From NCBI GenBank assembly GCA_963814115.1, contig CAWFBS010000006.1, forward strand, positions 267,096 to 331,095: a stretch of 64,000 bases of DNA. Direction: 5' to 3'. Within the stretch, counting starts at the first letter, position 1; each line of letters opens with the position of its first letter. The translations under genes and the position numbers were made by a program. The notes under the pieces were generated by a model. It was not told where the DNA came from and searched no databases. It saw nothing but the letters and a program-made list of their open reading frames with translations. The DNA comes from an uncultured Chloroflexia bacterium. Lineage in GTDB: Bacteria; Chloroflexota; Limnocylindria; Limnocylindrales; CSP1-4. This document shows, piece by piece, positions 55,946 to 64,000 of the stretch.

Positions 55946-56893
55946 CTAGCCGCGGACAAGCACCTCGCCCAGCAGGTCCACGTGCTCCAGGTCCCAGGGG
56001 AGGAAATCCTGCAGCATGATTCGCTCGCAGCCGGCCGCCTCGAATCGTGCGGCCATCGCGCGGGCCTCGTCCGGCGTGCCGTAGATCCAGCGGGGCCGTC
56101 GCGCATCGAACCAGGCCGTCCCCTCCTCGGCCATCCCGAAGGCGTCGAGGATCGCCCGCGAGCGGCGCTCCACCTCGGCGGCATCGCGCCCGACGAGGGC
56201 GCCGACCATCGTCGAGTGGCACAGCGTGGCGGGATCGCGCCCGGCGTCACGGGCCACCGTGTCGAGCTTCGCGAAGCGCTCCGCCGCGCGTTCGGGTGAC
56301 GCGCTCGACAGGTTGAACTCGTCGGCGAACCGGACGGCGATCCGCATCGAGCGGGGGCTCCCCTCGCCCCCCACGATGATCGGGGGCGCCGGGCGCTGGA
56401 CCGGCCGTGGCCGGAGACGCCCGCCCGGGACCTGGTAGTGGCGGCCGCTGAACGACCAGCCGTCCGCGCCCTGCCAGAGGCCGCGCAGGATCTCCAGCTG
56501 CTCCTCCAGCATCTCCGCGCGGACGTCGAGTGGCGGGAACGGGAACCCGTGGTGGTCGTGCTCGGCCTGGTTCCAGCCCGCGCCCACGCCCACCTCCAGC
56601 CGACCGCCGGACATCTCGTCCACGGTCGCGGTCAGCTTCGCAAGGTTGCCCGGGTGCCTGAATGTCACCGGCGAGACGAGCGTCCCAAGCCGGATGCGGC
56701 TCGTTTCACGGGCGAGGCCGGCCAGGACGGCCCAGGCATCGGTGGTGGGGCGGCCCGCCTCGCCGGGGAAGCTGTCGTAGTGATCGGAGCGCAGGAACGT
56801 CTCAAAGCCCGCCGCCTCGGCACGCCGGGCGAGCGCCAGCTGATCGGCGTACGAGCAGCCTTGCTGCGCCTCGATCATCAGCGCGTACCGCAT
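55946..56893 (-). CDS. LLM-class, probably F420-dependent oxidoreductase
   Basis: EAQQG, RSDHY, LGTLVSPVTFRHPG, GVGAGW, IVGG. Confidence 0.9.
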   Translation of the reverse strand: MRYALMIEAQQGCSYADQLALARRAEAAGFETFLRSDHYDSFPGEAGRPTTDAWAVLAGLARETSRIRLGTLVSPVTFRHPGNLAKLTATVDEMSGGRLEVGVGAGWNQAEHDHHGFPFPPLDVRAEMLEEQLEILRGLWQGADGWSFSGRHYQVPGGRLRPRPVQRPAPPIIVGGEGSPRSMRIAVRFADEFNLSSASPERAAERFAKLDTVARDAGRDPATLCHSTMVGALVGRDAAEVERRSRAILDAFGMAEEGTAWFDARRPRWIYGTPDEARAMAARFEAAGCERIMLQDFLPWDLEHVDLLGEVLVRG

Positions 56894-56948
56894 GGACCAC
56901 TCCTCCCTGGGTCGACTCCCGGTCCGGGCGTGCCGTTCCGGCGTGCCT

Positions 56949-56996
56949 TTGACGAATTGATAGTTGCACAGTAGATTATTACGATGATGGTAACAA
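56949..56996 (+). promoter_or_regulatory. Sigma70 promoter TTGACG-N17-TAGATT overlapped by operator-like palindromes
   Basis: -10 is 6 nt before the marR ATG; TTATTAC-N7-GTAACAA spans the start. Confidence 0.65.
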
Positions 56997-57553
56997 ACGA
57001 CCCGGCTGCCAGCGGTGTCGCTCCCCGATCGGCCCGGCGCGCGGCGCTGATCGACCAGATCGTGGCTGGGACCGCCAGCATCGCCGGCCACCGACGCTGC
57101 GCGGCCGCCCGGCGGCTGCACCGGCAGGGAATCAGCATGGCGCATCTGCAGACGCTGTGGATCCTCCAGGAGAGCGGGCCCATGCCGATGACTCACCTGG
57201 CGGACGTGCTCGGCGTCGCGGTGCCGAACGCCACCGGGATCGTCGACCGAATGGAGCAGCGCGGGCTCGTGGAACGCGTTCGTTACGATGCAGACCGCCG
57301 CGTGGTGATCGTCCGACCGACACCCGCCGGGGAGCTCGCAACCGAAGAGGTCGACGGCTGGCGGGGCGACATGCTGGAGGTGCTCCTGGACCGGCTGGAC
57401 ACGGAGCAGCTGGTGCGTCTCGTGGGCGGAATCGACGAGATGCGCGAACCGATCCGGACGGGGGAGCTTCGCGAACCAGCGGTAGCACACGCGACGAGCC
57501 CGCCGCCGGCTGGGGCGGGGCCATGCCAGACAGAGGAGATCGCTCGCCGATGA
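56984..57553 (+). CDS. MarR-family regulator
   Basis: LADVLGVAVPNATGIVDRMEQRGLVER..DRRVV..T.AG. Confidence 0.9.
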   Translation: MMVTNDPAASGVAPRSARRAALIDQIVAGTASIAGHRRCAAARRLHRQGISMAHLQTLWILQESGPMPMTHLADVLGVAVPNATGIVDRMEQRGLVERVRYDADRRVVIVRPTPAGELATEEVDGWRGDMLEVLLDRLDTEQLVRLVGGIDEMREPIRTGELREPAVAHATSPPPAGAGPCQTEEIARR

Positions 57554-58056
57554 TGGAAGGGGCACCGCTGCCCGGGGCTCCCCGGGTCGCGCCGACGCCG
57601 CGGTCGCTCGCCGTCCCGGGCAGTGCGGGCGCCCCGTTCGTCGCGGTGCTTCCCGTCGCGGACCTTCCGGCGGGCGGAATGACCCGGGTGAGCCGCGGCG
57701 ACCTGGACGTGTTGCTCGCGAACGTGCCGGCGGGGATCCTCGCGGTCGACGACCGCTGCCCGCACATGGCCGCGCCACTCTCGCTCGGGCGGCTCGAGGG
57801 GTGCATCGTGGACTGCCCGCTCCACAACGGGCGATTCGACCTCTGCAGCGGCGGGACGGTCCGGATGCCGACGACCGGCGGCCTCGATGCCGACGGGGCG
57901 CCCCACCTGCCCTGGTCTCCTCCAGGGTCAGCCCCGAAGCCGGAACCGGCCGGCCTCAAGGCCGAGGCGCGTCGCCTCACCCGGGTCCGGCGCTTGCGCC
58001 ACTACCCGGTCCGAATCGTCGACGGGATGATCGAGATCGCCTTGCCGCTCCCCTGA
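57550..58056 (+). CDS. Rieske [2Fe-2S] ferredoxin
   Basis: RCPH..LSLG..DCPLHNGRFD; YPVRIVDG. Confidence 0.88.
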   Translation: MMEGAPLPGAPRVAPTPRSLAVPGSAGAPFVAVLPVADLPAGGMTRVSRGDLDVLLANVPAGILAVDDRCPHMAAPLSLGRLEGCIVDCPLHNGRFDLCSGGTVRMPTTGGLDADGAPHLPWSPPGSAPKPEPAGLKAEARRLTRVRRLRHYPVRIVDGMIEIALPLP

Positions 58057-58083
58057 GGCCGGAGGGGCGCGGCGGCACGGCCG

Positions 58084-58947
58084 TCAGGCTTCCTCGGACC
58101 CGTGGGCGTGTTCGTTCATCTCCACGAATGCCAGCAGGCCCCGGACCACCTCGTCGAGATCGTCCGTCACCGTGAAGAGCTTCAGGTCGTCCTCGGAGAT
58201 CGTGCCGGCTGCGAGCGGCGTGTCGCGGCACCAGGCCAGGAGGCCGGCCCAGTAGGCGCTCCCCACCAGGAAGACCGGGAAGTGCGCGATTTTGCCGGTC
58301 TGGATCAGCGTCAGCGACTCGAAGAACTCGTCGAACGTTCCGAACCCGCCCGGGAAGATGACGAACCCCTCCGCGTACTTCACGAACATCGTCTTGCGGA
58401 CGAAGAAGTAGCGGAACTCGACGCCCAGGTCCACCCAGGGGTTGAGCCACTGCTCGTGCGGCAGCTCGATGTTGCAGCCGACGGAGAAGCCGCCTGCCTC
58501 GAAGCAGCCGCGGTTCGCGGCTGCCATGACGCCCGGGCCGCCACCGGTGATCACGGTAAGGCCCGCCTCGGCGAGGAGACGGCCGAGCTCGCGCGCCTGC
58601 GCATAGACGGGGTCGTCCTCGGCTATCCGTGCGGAGCCGAAGACCGTGACGGCAGGCCCGACACCGGCCAGCGCGTCGAAGCCCTCCACGAACTCGGCCT
58701 GGATCCGGAGCGTCCGCCATGGGTCCGAGTCGAGAAAGGCGGTTCGGTTGCGCCGCAGGAGCCGCTCGTCGGCGGTGCCGGCGCGGGACGGCACCTGCCG
58801 GTCCACCGCTTCCCGGCGGACCACGAGCCGCCCGGCCCGTCGGAGGTTGTCACGGCCAGGGGTGATCGGCTCGCCGTCCTCCGCGTGGACGCGCGTGCGA
58901 TCCAGTTCGTGGGATCGGGACGGGGACGGGGCGTCGCGGGCAGGCAT
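58084..58947 (-). CDS. LOG family nucleotide phosphoribohydrolase
   Basis: VFGSAR, ITGGGPGVM, FRYFFVRK, PGGFGTFDE. Confidence 0.92.
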   Translation of the reverse strand: MPARDAPSPSRSHELDRTRVHAEDGEPITPGRDNLRRAGRLVVRREAVDRQVPSRAGTADERLLRRNRTAFLDSDPWRTLRIQAEFVEGFDALAGVGPAVTVFGSARIAEDDPVYAQARELGRLLAEAGLTVITGGGPGVMAAANRGCFEAGGFSVGCNIELPHEQWLNPWVDLGVEFRYFFVRKTMFVKYAEGFVIFPGGFGTFDEFFESLTLIQTGKIAHFPVFLVGSAYWAGLLAWCRDTPLAAGTISEDDLKLFTVTDDLDEVVRGLLAFVEMNEHAHGSEEA

Positions 58948-58975
58948 CGGGACCTCCGGGCGAGTGGCAGCCGGG

Positions 58976-59350
58976 CTACGGGCCAGGCGCGCTGAACCAG
59001 GTCTTCCATGTGGCGTCGGCCGGCCCGGCCGTCACGGCGTTGCCGTTTCGGACCAGCGGAAGCCGCAGCAGGCGTGGATCGGCGAGCAGCCGGGCCGCCA
59101 GCTCGTCGTCGTCCATGCGAAGGTAGCCCAGGCCGGCATCCCGCCACGTTCGCGACGTGGTGTCGGCAAGGGAGCCGGCGCCGAGCTTCGCGACGAAGCG
59201 CTGCAGCTCGCCCGGCGCGATCGGCTTGCGCCGGAGATCCACGAAGTGCACCTCGACCCGGCGCTCCTTGAAGAAGCGAAGCGCGGCCCGTGTAGGCTGG
59301 CTGTCCTCGCGGCCGAAGACCTGGACGCTGGGCGCTGATGCGGCGGGCAT
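58976..59350 (-). CDS. ArsC/Spx-like thioredoxin-fold protein
   Basis: VQVFG..TRAALRFFKER..DL..GEL..PRLLRLPLVR..VTAG. Confidence 0.82.
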   Translation of the reverse strand: MPAASAPSVQVFGREDSQPTRAALRFFKERRVEVHFVDLRRKPIAPGELQRFVAKLGAGSLADTTSRTWRDAGLGYLRMDDDELAARLLADPRLLRLPLVRNGNAVTAGPADATWKTWFSAPGP

Positions 59351-59466
59351 GCCGAGATCGTAGCGCCCCCCGGCACCGGCGTCGGCTGGCGTGCGACGGA
59401 AACGGGACGTCGGGCTCCAGCAGGGCGGGGGGTCCGGCGCTACCATCGCGGCGGAGGTGATCAAAG

Positions 59467-59745
59467 GTGTCCGTCTGGTTCACGGTCCGGCTCGACGACG
59501 CCCCGGGTTCGCTCGCCCGGGCCGCTGCCGCGCTCGCCGAACGCGGGGTCAACATCACGGGCATCGTGGGTGTCGCCGAGGACACGGACGGGGAGCTCAT
59601 GCTCACGACCAGCGATGCCGCGGCCACTCGCGACGCCCTGGCCAGCCTGGGAGTGGCGTTCGACGAGCACGACCCCACCGACCCGCACGGCCTGACCGCC
59701 CCCGGGGTCATTGCCGACCTGGCCCGTGGCCTCGCGGAGCGCTGA
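59467..59745 (+). CDS. ACT domain protein
   Basis: VRLDDAPGSLARAAAALAERGVNI; SD GGAGGTG. Confidence 0.85.
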   Translation: MSVWFTVRLDDAPGSLARAAAALAERGVNITGIVGVAEDTDGELMLTTSDAAATRDALASLGVAFDEHDPTDPHGLTAPGVIADLARGLAER

Positions 59746-59787
59746 ACCACGTGCGCCCGGCATGGTCGTGAAGGCGCGGTTGCGCCC

Positions 59788-60480
59788 GTGAGCTCGCGCC
59801 GGGCGGCCGCCATCCCGCCGACCGTGGCGATCCGGGTGGTCCACGAGGATGCGCCCGGCGCGCTGCCCGCCATCCTCGGCGCGCTCGCCCTGGCCGGCGC
59901 AACCGTCCGCACCATGAGCACGGTCCGGCGCCTCGGTGATGCCGATCCCGGGCCCGCGGTGGAAACGGAGATCGAGGTCGAGGGAATCGATGAGGAGCGC
60001 CTGGACGCGGCCGTGGCCGGCGCGCCGGGCGTCCGGGAGCGGCGGGCAACCCGCACGATGGACCGCATCTTCGGCAAGCGGATCATCGTGGTCGGAGGAG
60101 GCGCGCAGGTGGCCCAGGTCGCGCTCGGGGCGGTCTCGGAGGCGGATCGACACAACCTCCGCGGGGAGCAAATCTCCGTCGACACGATCGCCCTGGTGGG
60201 TGAGGCGAACATCGCCGGCGCGGTTCGAGCGGTGGCGGACCTGCCGCGCGCCCGCTGCCTGGTCCTGGCCGGTTCGATCATGGGCGGCGACATCAGCCGG
60301 GCCGCCGACGAGCTTCGCGCGGTCGGCATCCCGATCATCGCGCTCAACATGGTCGGCTCCATCACCGAGCACGTGGATCTCGTCGTCTCCGACCCGGTCC
60401 AGGCCGGGACCATGGCGGTGATGGCAATCGCGGACACCGCGACCTTCGATTTGGCCCGTCAGCGCGGCCGGCGGTACTGA
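59788..60480 (+). CDS. ACT + DUF5612 protein (Archaeoglobus AF1403-like)
   Basis: IFGKRIIVVGGGAQVAQVALGAVSEADRHNLRGEQISVDTI..VGE..LVLAGSIMGG..LNMVGS..DPVQAGTMAVM. Confidence 0.85.
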   Translation: MSSRRAAAIPPTVAIRVVHEDAPGALPAILGALALAGATVRTMSTVRRLGDADPGPAVETEIEVEGIDEERLDAAVAGAPGVRERRATRTMDRIFGKRIIVVGGGAQVAQVALGAVSEADRHNLRGEQISVDTIALVGEANIAGAVRAVADLPRARCLVLAGSIMGGDISRAADELRAVGIPIIALNMVGSITEHVDLVVSDPVQAGTMAVMAIADTATFDLARQRGRRY

Positions 60481-60483
60481 GCC

Positions 60484-61398
60484 GTGCGGATCGCCACCTG
60501 GAACGTCAACTCGCTCAAGGCCCGCCTGGAGAAGGTCGAATGGTGGCTGGAGCGTGCGGCGCCCGACGTCCTCCTGCTGCAGGAGACGAAGCTCTCCGAC
60601 GACAGCGCCCCGCTCCTCCCCTTCTCCATGGCCGGTTACGAGCTGCTGCATCACGGCGAGGGACGCTGGAACGGGGTCGCGATCGCGAGCCGCGCCGGGC
60701 TGGCCGGGGTGGTCACGAACTTCGGCGACGGCCCGGTCCGATCATCGGCCGCGGGCGCGTCGGCCCCGGGCGAGGGCGATGACTTCGACCCGTTCGGGGA
60801 GGCCCGGATGGTGAGCGCGGTCTGCGATGGTGTGCGGGTCGTCTCGATCTACGCGCCGAACGGACGTGAGGTCGGCTCCTCGTTCTATGAAGGCAAGCTG
60901 GCCTGGTTCGCGCGACTCCGGCGCTGGCTGGACGAGACCCAGGACCCGGCCGCTCCGCTCGTGATCGGCGGCGACTTCAACGTCGCGCCCGCCGACCGCG
61001 ACGTGTGGGACCCGGACGCCGCGCACGGCGGGACGCACGTCTCCGGGCAGGAGCGGGCCGCGTTCCGAGCGCTGCTGGACTGGGGGCTGGAGGATGCCTG
61101 GCGCGAGCGGAACCCGGAGCTTCGGCGCTTCACCTGGTGGGACTACCGCGCCGGCAACTTCCAGCGCGACGAGGGCATGCGGATCGATCACCTCCTGGTG
61201 ACCGCTCCCGTTGCGACACGCATCGTCGACGTCGAGGTGGACCGGGAGGCTCGCAAGGGCAAGCCCGTTCCCTCCGACCACGCGCCGCTCGTCATGGACC
61301 TCGACGAGCCCGGCCGCCCCTTCGACCCGGGCTGGTCCGACGCCGCCGCGCGGATCGCCGACCGCATCGCCGCGCGACGGGCGCACGCCGAGGCCTGA
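60484..61398 (+). CDS. xth: Exodeoxyribonuclease III / AP endonuclease
   Basis: TWNVNS, LQETK, WNGVA, GDFN, TWWDYR, RIDH, SDHAP. Confidence 0.95.
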   Translation: MRIATWNVNSLKARLEKVEWWLERAAPDVLLLQETKLSDDSAPLLPFSMAGYELLHHGEGRWNGVAIASRAGLAGVVTNFGDGPVRSSAAGASAPGEGDDFDPFGEARMVSAVCDGVRVVSIYAPNGREVGSSFYEGKLAWFARLRRWLDETQDPAAPLVIGGDFNVAPADRDVWDPDAAHGGTHVSGQERAAFRALLDWGLEDAWRERNPELRRFTWWDYRAGNFQRDEGMRIDHLLVTAPVATRIVDVEVDREARKGKPVPSDHAPLVMDLDEPGRPFDPGWSDAAARIADRIAARRAHAEA

Positions 61399-61449
61399 CC
61401 CGGCCAGCGCGCGACGGTGCGGCCGTGGCCGTCGCTTCCGGGTTCTGCC

Positions 61450-62244
61450 TCAGACCGACTCCAGCTCCACGGCCGGTCCCGCGCGCGCCCGGACGGAGCG
61501 GAGAGCGACGGCCTGGATCGCCAGGGTGAGCGCCAACGCCAGCCCGAACGCGGGCCCGATCCCGAGCGGGATGAGCCCCAGGGCCAGCACGAGCATGAAC
61601 GCGGCCGTCCCGAACAGCCCCACCAGCAGCCCGCGCAGGACGTCCAACGCGCCCGGCACTCCCTCCTGCCGATACGTGAACAGGGTCAGGATCGAGACGT
61701 AGACCGGGAACGTGGCGATGATCCCGCTCGTGTGGGCGCCGAGCAACGGCGCGATCGTCGTCAGGCCGACCACCAGGCCGGTTCCGATCGCCATCCGCGC
61801 CGGTAGGTCCCACGCCGGGTGCGGCCCGGCGGCCCGGCGAGCGCCCGACTCCGGCAGGAGCCGAAGCGCGACGCCCAGAGCGGCGAGCACGACCACGAAC
61901 AGGAGTCCGGCAGGGGCATTCAGGACCGGCTGGACCATCACGCCGATCGTCGCGAACGCGATGATCGCGAGCAGGATGCCCGTTCGAGACCCGGCCCTGA
62001 CGAGCCCGGCCGCGAACGCGACCGTGAACCCGGCAATCGCCGCGAGTCCCATGAGCGACCCGACGATGGCCGTCGCCGCGAACGCCGTCCCGTGGTCAAG
62101 TGCGAGGAAGAACGTCACCGGGCCGCTGGTGAGCGGCAGCGACACCAGCCAGCCCCCGATGGCCGGACCCCACCGCCGTGCGGCAAGGCTCGCGCCACCG
62201 ATCAGGAGCGGCGTCAGTATCAGCTTCAGGGCAAGGACCGGCAT
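61450..62244 (-). CDS. Multi-pass membrane protein with internal duplication
   Basis: Related halves GPAIGGWLVSLP and GAHTSGIIATFP; about 8 hydrophobic segments. Confidence 0.75.
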   Translation of the reverse strand: MPVLALKLILTPLLIGGASLAARRWGPAIGGWLVSLPLTSGPVTFFLALDHGTAFAATAIVGSLMGLAAIAGFTVAFAAGLVRAGSRTGILLAIIAFATIGVMVQPVLNAPAGLLFVVVLAALGVALRLLPESGARRAAGPHPAWDLPARMAIGTGLVVGLTTIAPLLGAHTSGIIATFPVYVSILTLFTYRQEGVPGALDVLRGLLVGLFGTAAFMLVLALGLIPLGIGPAFGLALALTLAIQAVALRSVRARAGPAVELESV

Positions 62245-62314
62245 CCGGACAGGGTAGCGGGGCGCGGTGGGGAGGGCGGCTCGCCGGCGATAGGCAGCCA
62301 GCCGGGTGCCTGCG

Positions 62315-63661
62315 CTAGGTTTCGTTCACCGCGTGCCCAACGGCTGGACTGCTCGCCCCCGCGAGCAGGATTCCCTCGGCCGACGCCGTGGCACCGGCCA
62401 CCGGCCGCGTGGCGGCCCCAGGCGCTGCGTTCGCCGATCGCACGGCCATGCGCTTCTCCGCGTTCGGGACCTCGGTCCGGGCCTCGCGCTCGGTGCGCCG
62501 GCCGTCGTTCGCGTAGCGGTCCGCGCACATCAGGTCGAACGCGTGGACCGAGGCCTCCTGGTTCGAGTAGCGGCCGGCCTCCCAGCTCCGCGAGCGCGTA
62601 CCCTGCTGCTGGAGCTCGACCACGTGGTAATCCTGCCGGTTCGTGAGGTCCCAGAACTCCACCGCGCCCGAGACATCGACCGAGTCCGCCGAATCGACAT
62701 CGACGTAGAGGTCGCAGACCACCTTCGAGCGGTTCGGCCCGTCGGGCCAGGCCTGGTGAGTGAGCACGTAGTCCGGGTGGACCGAGATGATCAGGTTCGG
62801 CCAGAGGATGTAGTAGTAGATCCGCCCGGCTTCCTGCGCGTCGCGGGCATACAGGAGCGGCCGGCCGTGCCGCTGGCCGTCCATCGACATCGTTTCGCAG
62901 CCGTTCGCGAACACCATCCAGCCGCCCTTCCACGGGCCGCTCGGGAAGAAGTCCTCGCCGAGGTCGTACGGGGTCAGCTTGTTGAGGAGCGGGTGAACCC
63001 CCGGACAGTGGTAGCACTCGGAGTAGTTCTCGGCCACGATCTTCCAGTTCGCCGCGACGTCGTACTCCAGCCGGGCTGCCCGCCGGAGCCGGCCGAAGTC
63101 CCGCTGGAAGCTCGCGTGGTGACCGAACCAGTCGCCCAGGTAGGCCTCGAGGCCCGGCGTCCCGTCGTCGAAGCAGAGGAAGATCCAGCCGCCCCAGACC
63201 TCCGCCCGGATCGGGGTGAGGCCGAATGTCGCATGGCTGAAGTCCTCGAGATCCTCCGTGTGCTTGGTGCGGATGAGCCGCCCGTCCAGGTCGTAGATCC
63301 AGGCGTGGTATGGGCACTGGAAACGGACCGCCGTCCCGCATTCGCGCTCCTCCACGGCTGTGCCGCGATGGCGGCACACGTTGTAGAAGGCGCGCACGAG
63401 GTCGTCGCCGCCGCGGACCAGCAGGACGCTCTCGCCAAAGTAATCACGGAGCGCAAAGCTGCCGGGATCCGGGATCTCTTCCGCCCGGGCCACCGCGACC
63501 CAGTCCCGGAAGAACCACTCGTCGCGCTCGAAGTCCAGGAATGCGTCATCGTGGTAGGCACGGCCGGGGAGGAGCCGGGCGCCGCGGAACGGCCGGCGGA
63601 TCGAGGCAAGCTCCTCGGGCGTCAACGGCGATGGGCGGTGCGGAAGCTGGGGGGTGGTCAT
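62315..63661 (-). CDS. Rieske non-heme iron oxygenase alpha subunit (glycine betaine / choline monooxygenase-like)
   Basis: NVCRHRG, CPYHAWIY, NWK..ENYSECYHC..VHP, HPDY, WDLTNRQD..QQG. Confidence 0.88.
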   Translation of the reverse strand: MTTPQLPHRPSPLTPEELASIRRPFRGARLLPGRAYHDDAFLDFERDEWFFRDWVAVARAEEIPDPGSFALRDYFGESVLLVRGGDDLVRAFYNVCRHRGTAVEERECGTAVRFQCPYHAWIYDLDGRLIRTKHTEDLEDFSHATFGLTPIRAEVWGGWIFLCFDDGTPGLEAYLGDWFGHHASFQRDFGRLRRAARLEYDVAANWKIVAENYSECYHCPGVHPLLNKLTPYDLGEDFFPSGPWKGGWMVFANGCETMSMDGQRHGRPLLYARDAQEAGRIYYYILWPNLIISVHPDYVLTHQAWPDGPNRSKVVCDLYVDVDSADSVDVSGAVEFWDLTNRQDYHVVELQQQGTRSRSWEAGRYSNQEASVHAFDLMCADRYANDGRRTEREARTEVPNAEKRMAVRSANAAPGAATRPVAGATASAEGILLAGASSPAVGHAVNET

Positions 63662-63773
63662 GCGGGCGCGCTGGCGGTCATGCGGGCGGGCTCCTCCGGC
63701 AGGAGCCTGGATCGTATCCGATGACCGCCAGGGTGGGCACACGGTGGACCGAGCGCCCGACCCCACCCGGCGC

Positions 63774-64000
63774 TCAGTCGAGCGTGACCGCCTCGTGCCA
63801 GATCGGCACATGGACGTCGAGGCCGAGCGCTGCGACCTTCGGCGCGAGCTCCGCCTGCGGGCCCGGGTCACCATGCACGAGGAAGACGCGACGCGGGAAG
63901 CCCGGGTCACCGGGGCGCTTGCCGTGAGTGAACCCGGCCAGCCAAGCAAGGAGTCCGGGCTCGTCCGCGTGCGCCGAGAAGCCGCTGATGGAGGCGATCC
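63774..64000 (-). CDS. MBL/beta-CASP ribonuclease C-terminus, 5'-partial
   Basis: Minus-strand translation SGFSAHAD..LLAWL..RVFLVHGD..VHVP..VTLD-stop. Confidence 0.85.
   Translation of the reverse strand, partial: IASISGFSAHADEPGLLAWLAGFTHGKRPGDPGFPRRVFLVHGDPGPQAELAPKVAALGLDVHVPIWHEAVTLD

Overview
High-GC bacterial chromosomal segment. F420-type LLM enzymes, a zinc-ribbon/cyclase/STAND protein, LysM and GH25 enzymes, MacAB without TolC, Ni-SOD and many leaderless genes suggest a monoderm Chloroflexota- or Actinobacteria-like organism (inference only). In order it holds: a corrinoid protein with DUF1638, an aminotransferase, a GIY-YIG-like gene and mgsA; a 9.5-kb minus-strand cluster (ferric-reductase-like oxidoreductase, FMN-binding protein, ApbE, MacAB-type exporter, Gly-rich protein, OmpR-type two-component system); an accessory region at about 13.9-25.3 kb ending at tRNA-Gly(TCC); a glgA/glgP/2xGH57 glycogen cluster; amino-acid and methyl metabolism genes; a DrrAB-like ABC exporter; two cell-wall glycosidases; sodN-sodX; two LLM oxidoreductases; an archaeal-type ACT/DUF5612 protein; xth; and a GbcA-like Rieske oxygenase. 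The strongest non-coding signal is a pair of homologous ~75-nt leaders (14450-14524 and 23243-23315) with class II c-di-GMP riboswitch architecture but non-canonical pocket nucleotides, each in front of a secreted-protein gene. A degenerate copy of the tRNA-Gly 3' end at 16734-16755 brackets an 8.5-kb integrase-less island containing a nucleotide cyclase. Several frameshifts look like indel errors, so single-base claims need read-level confirmation. All calls come from reading motifs by eye; no database searches were run.
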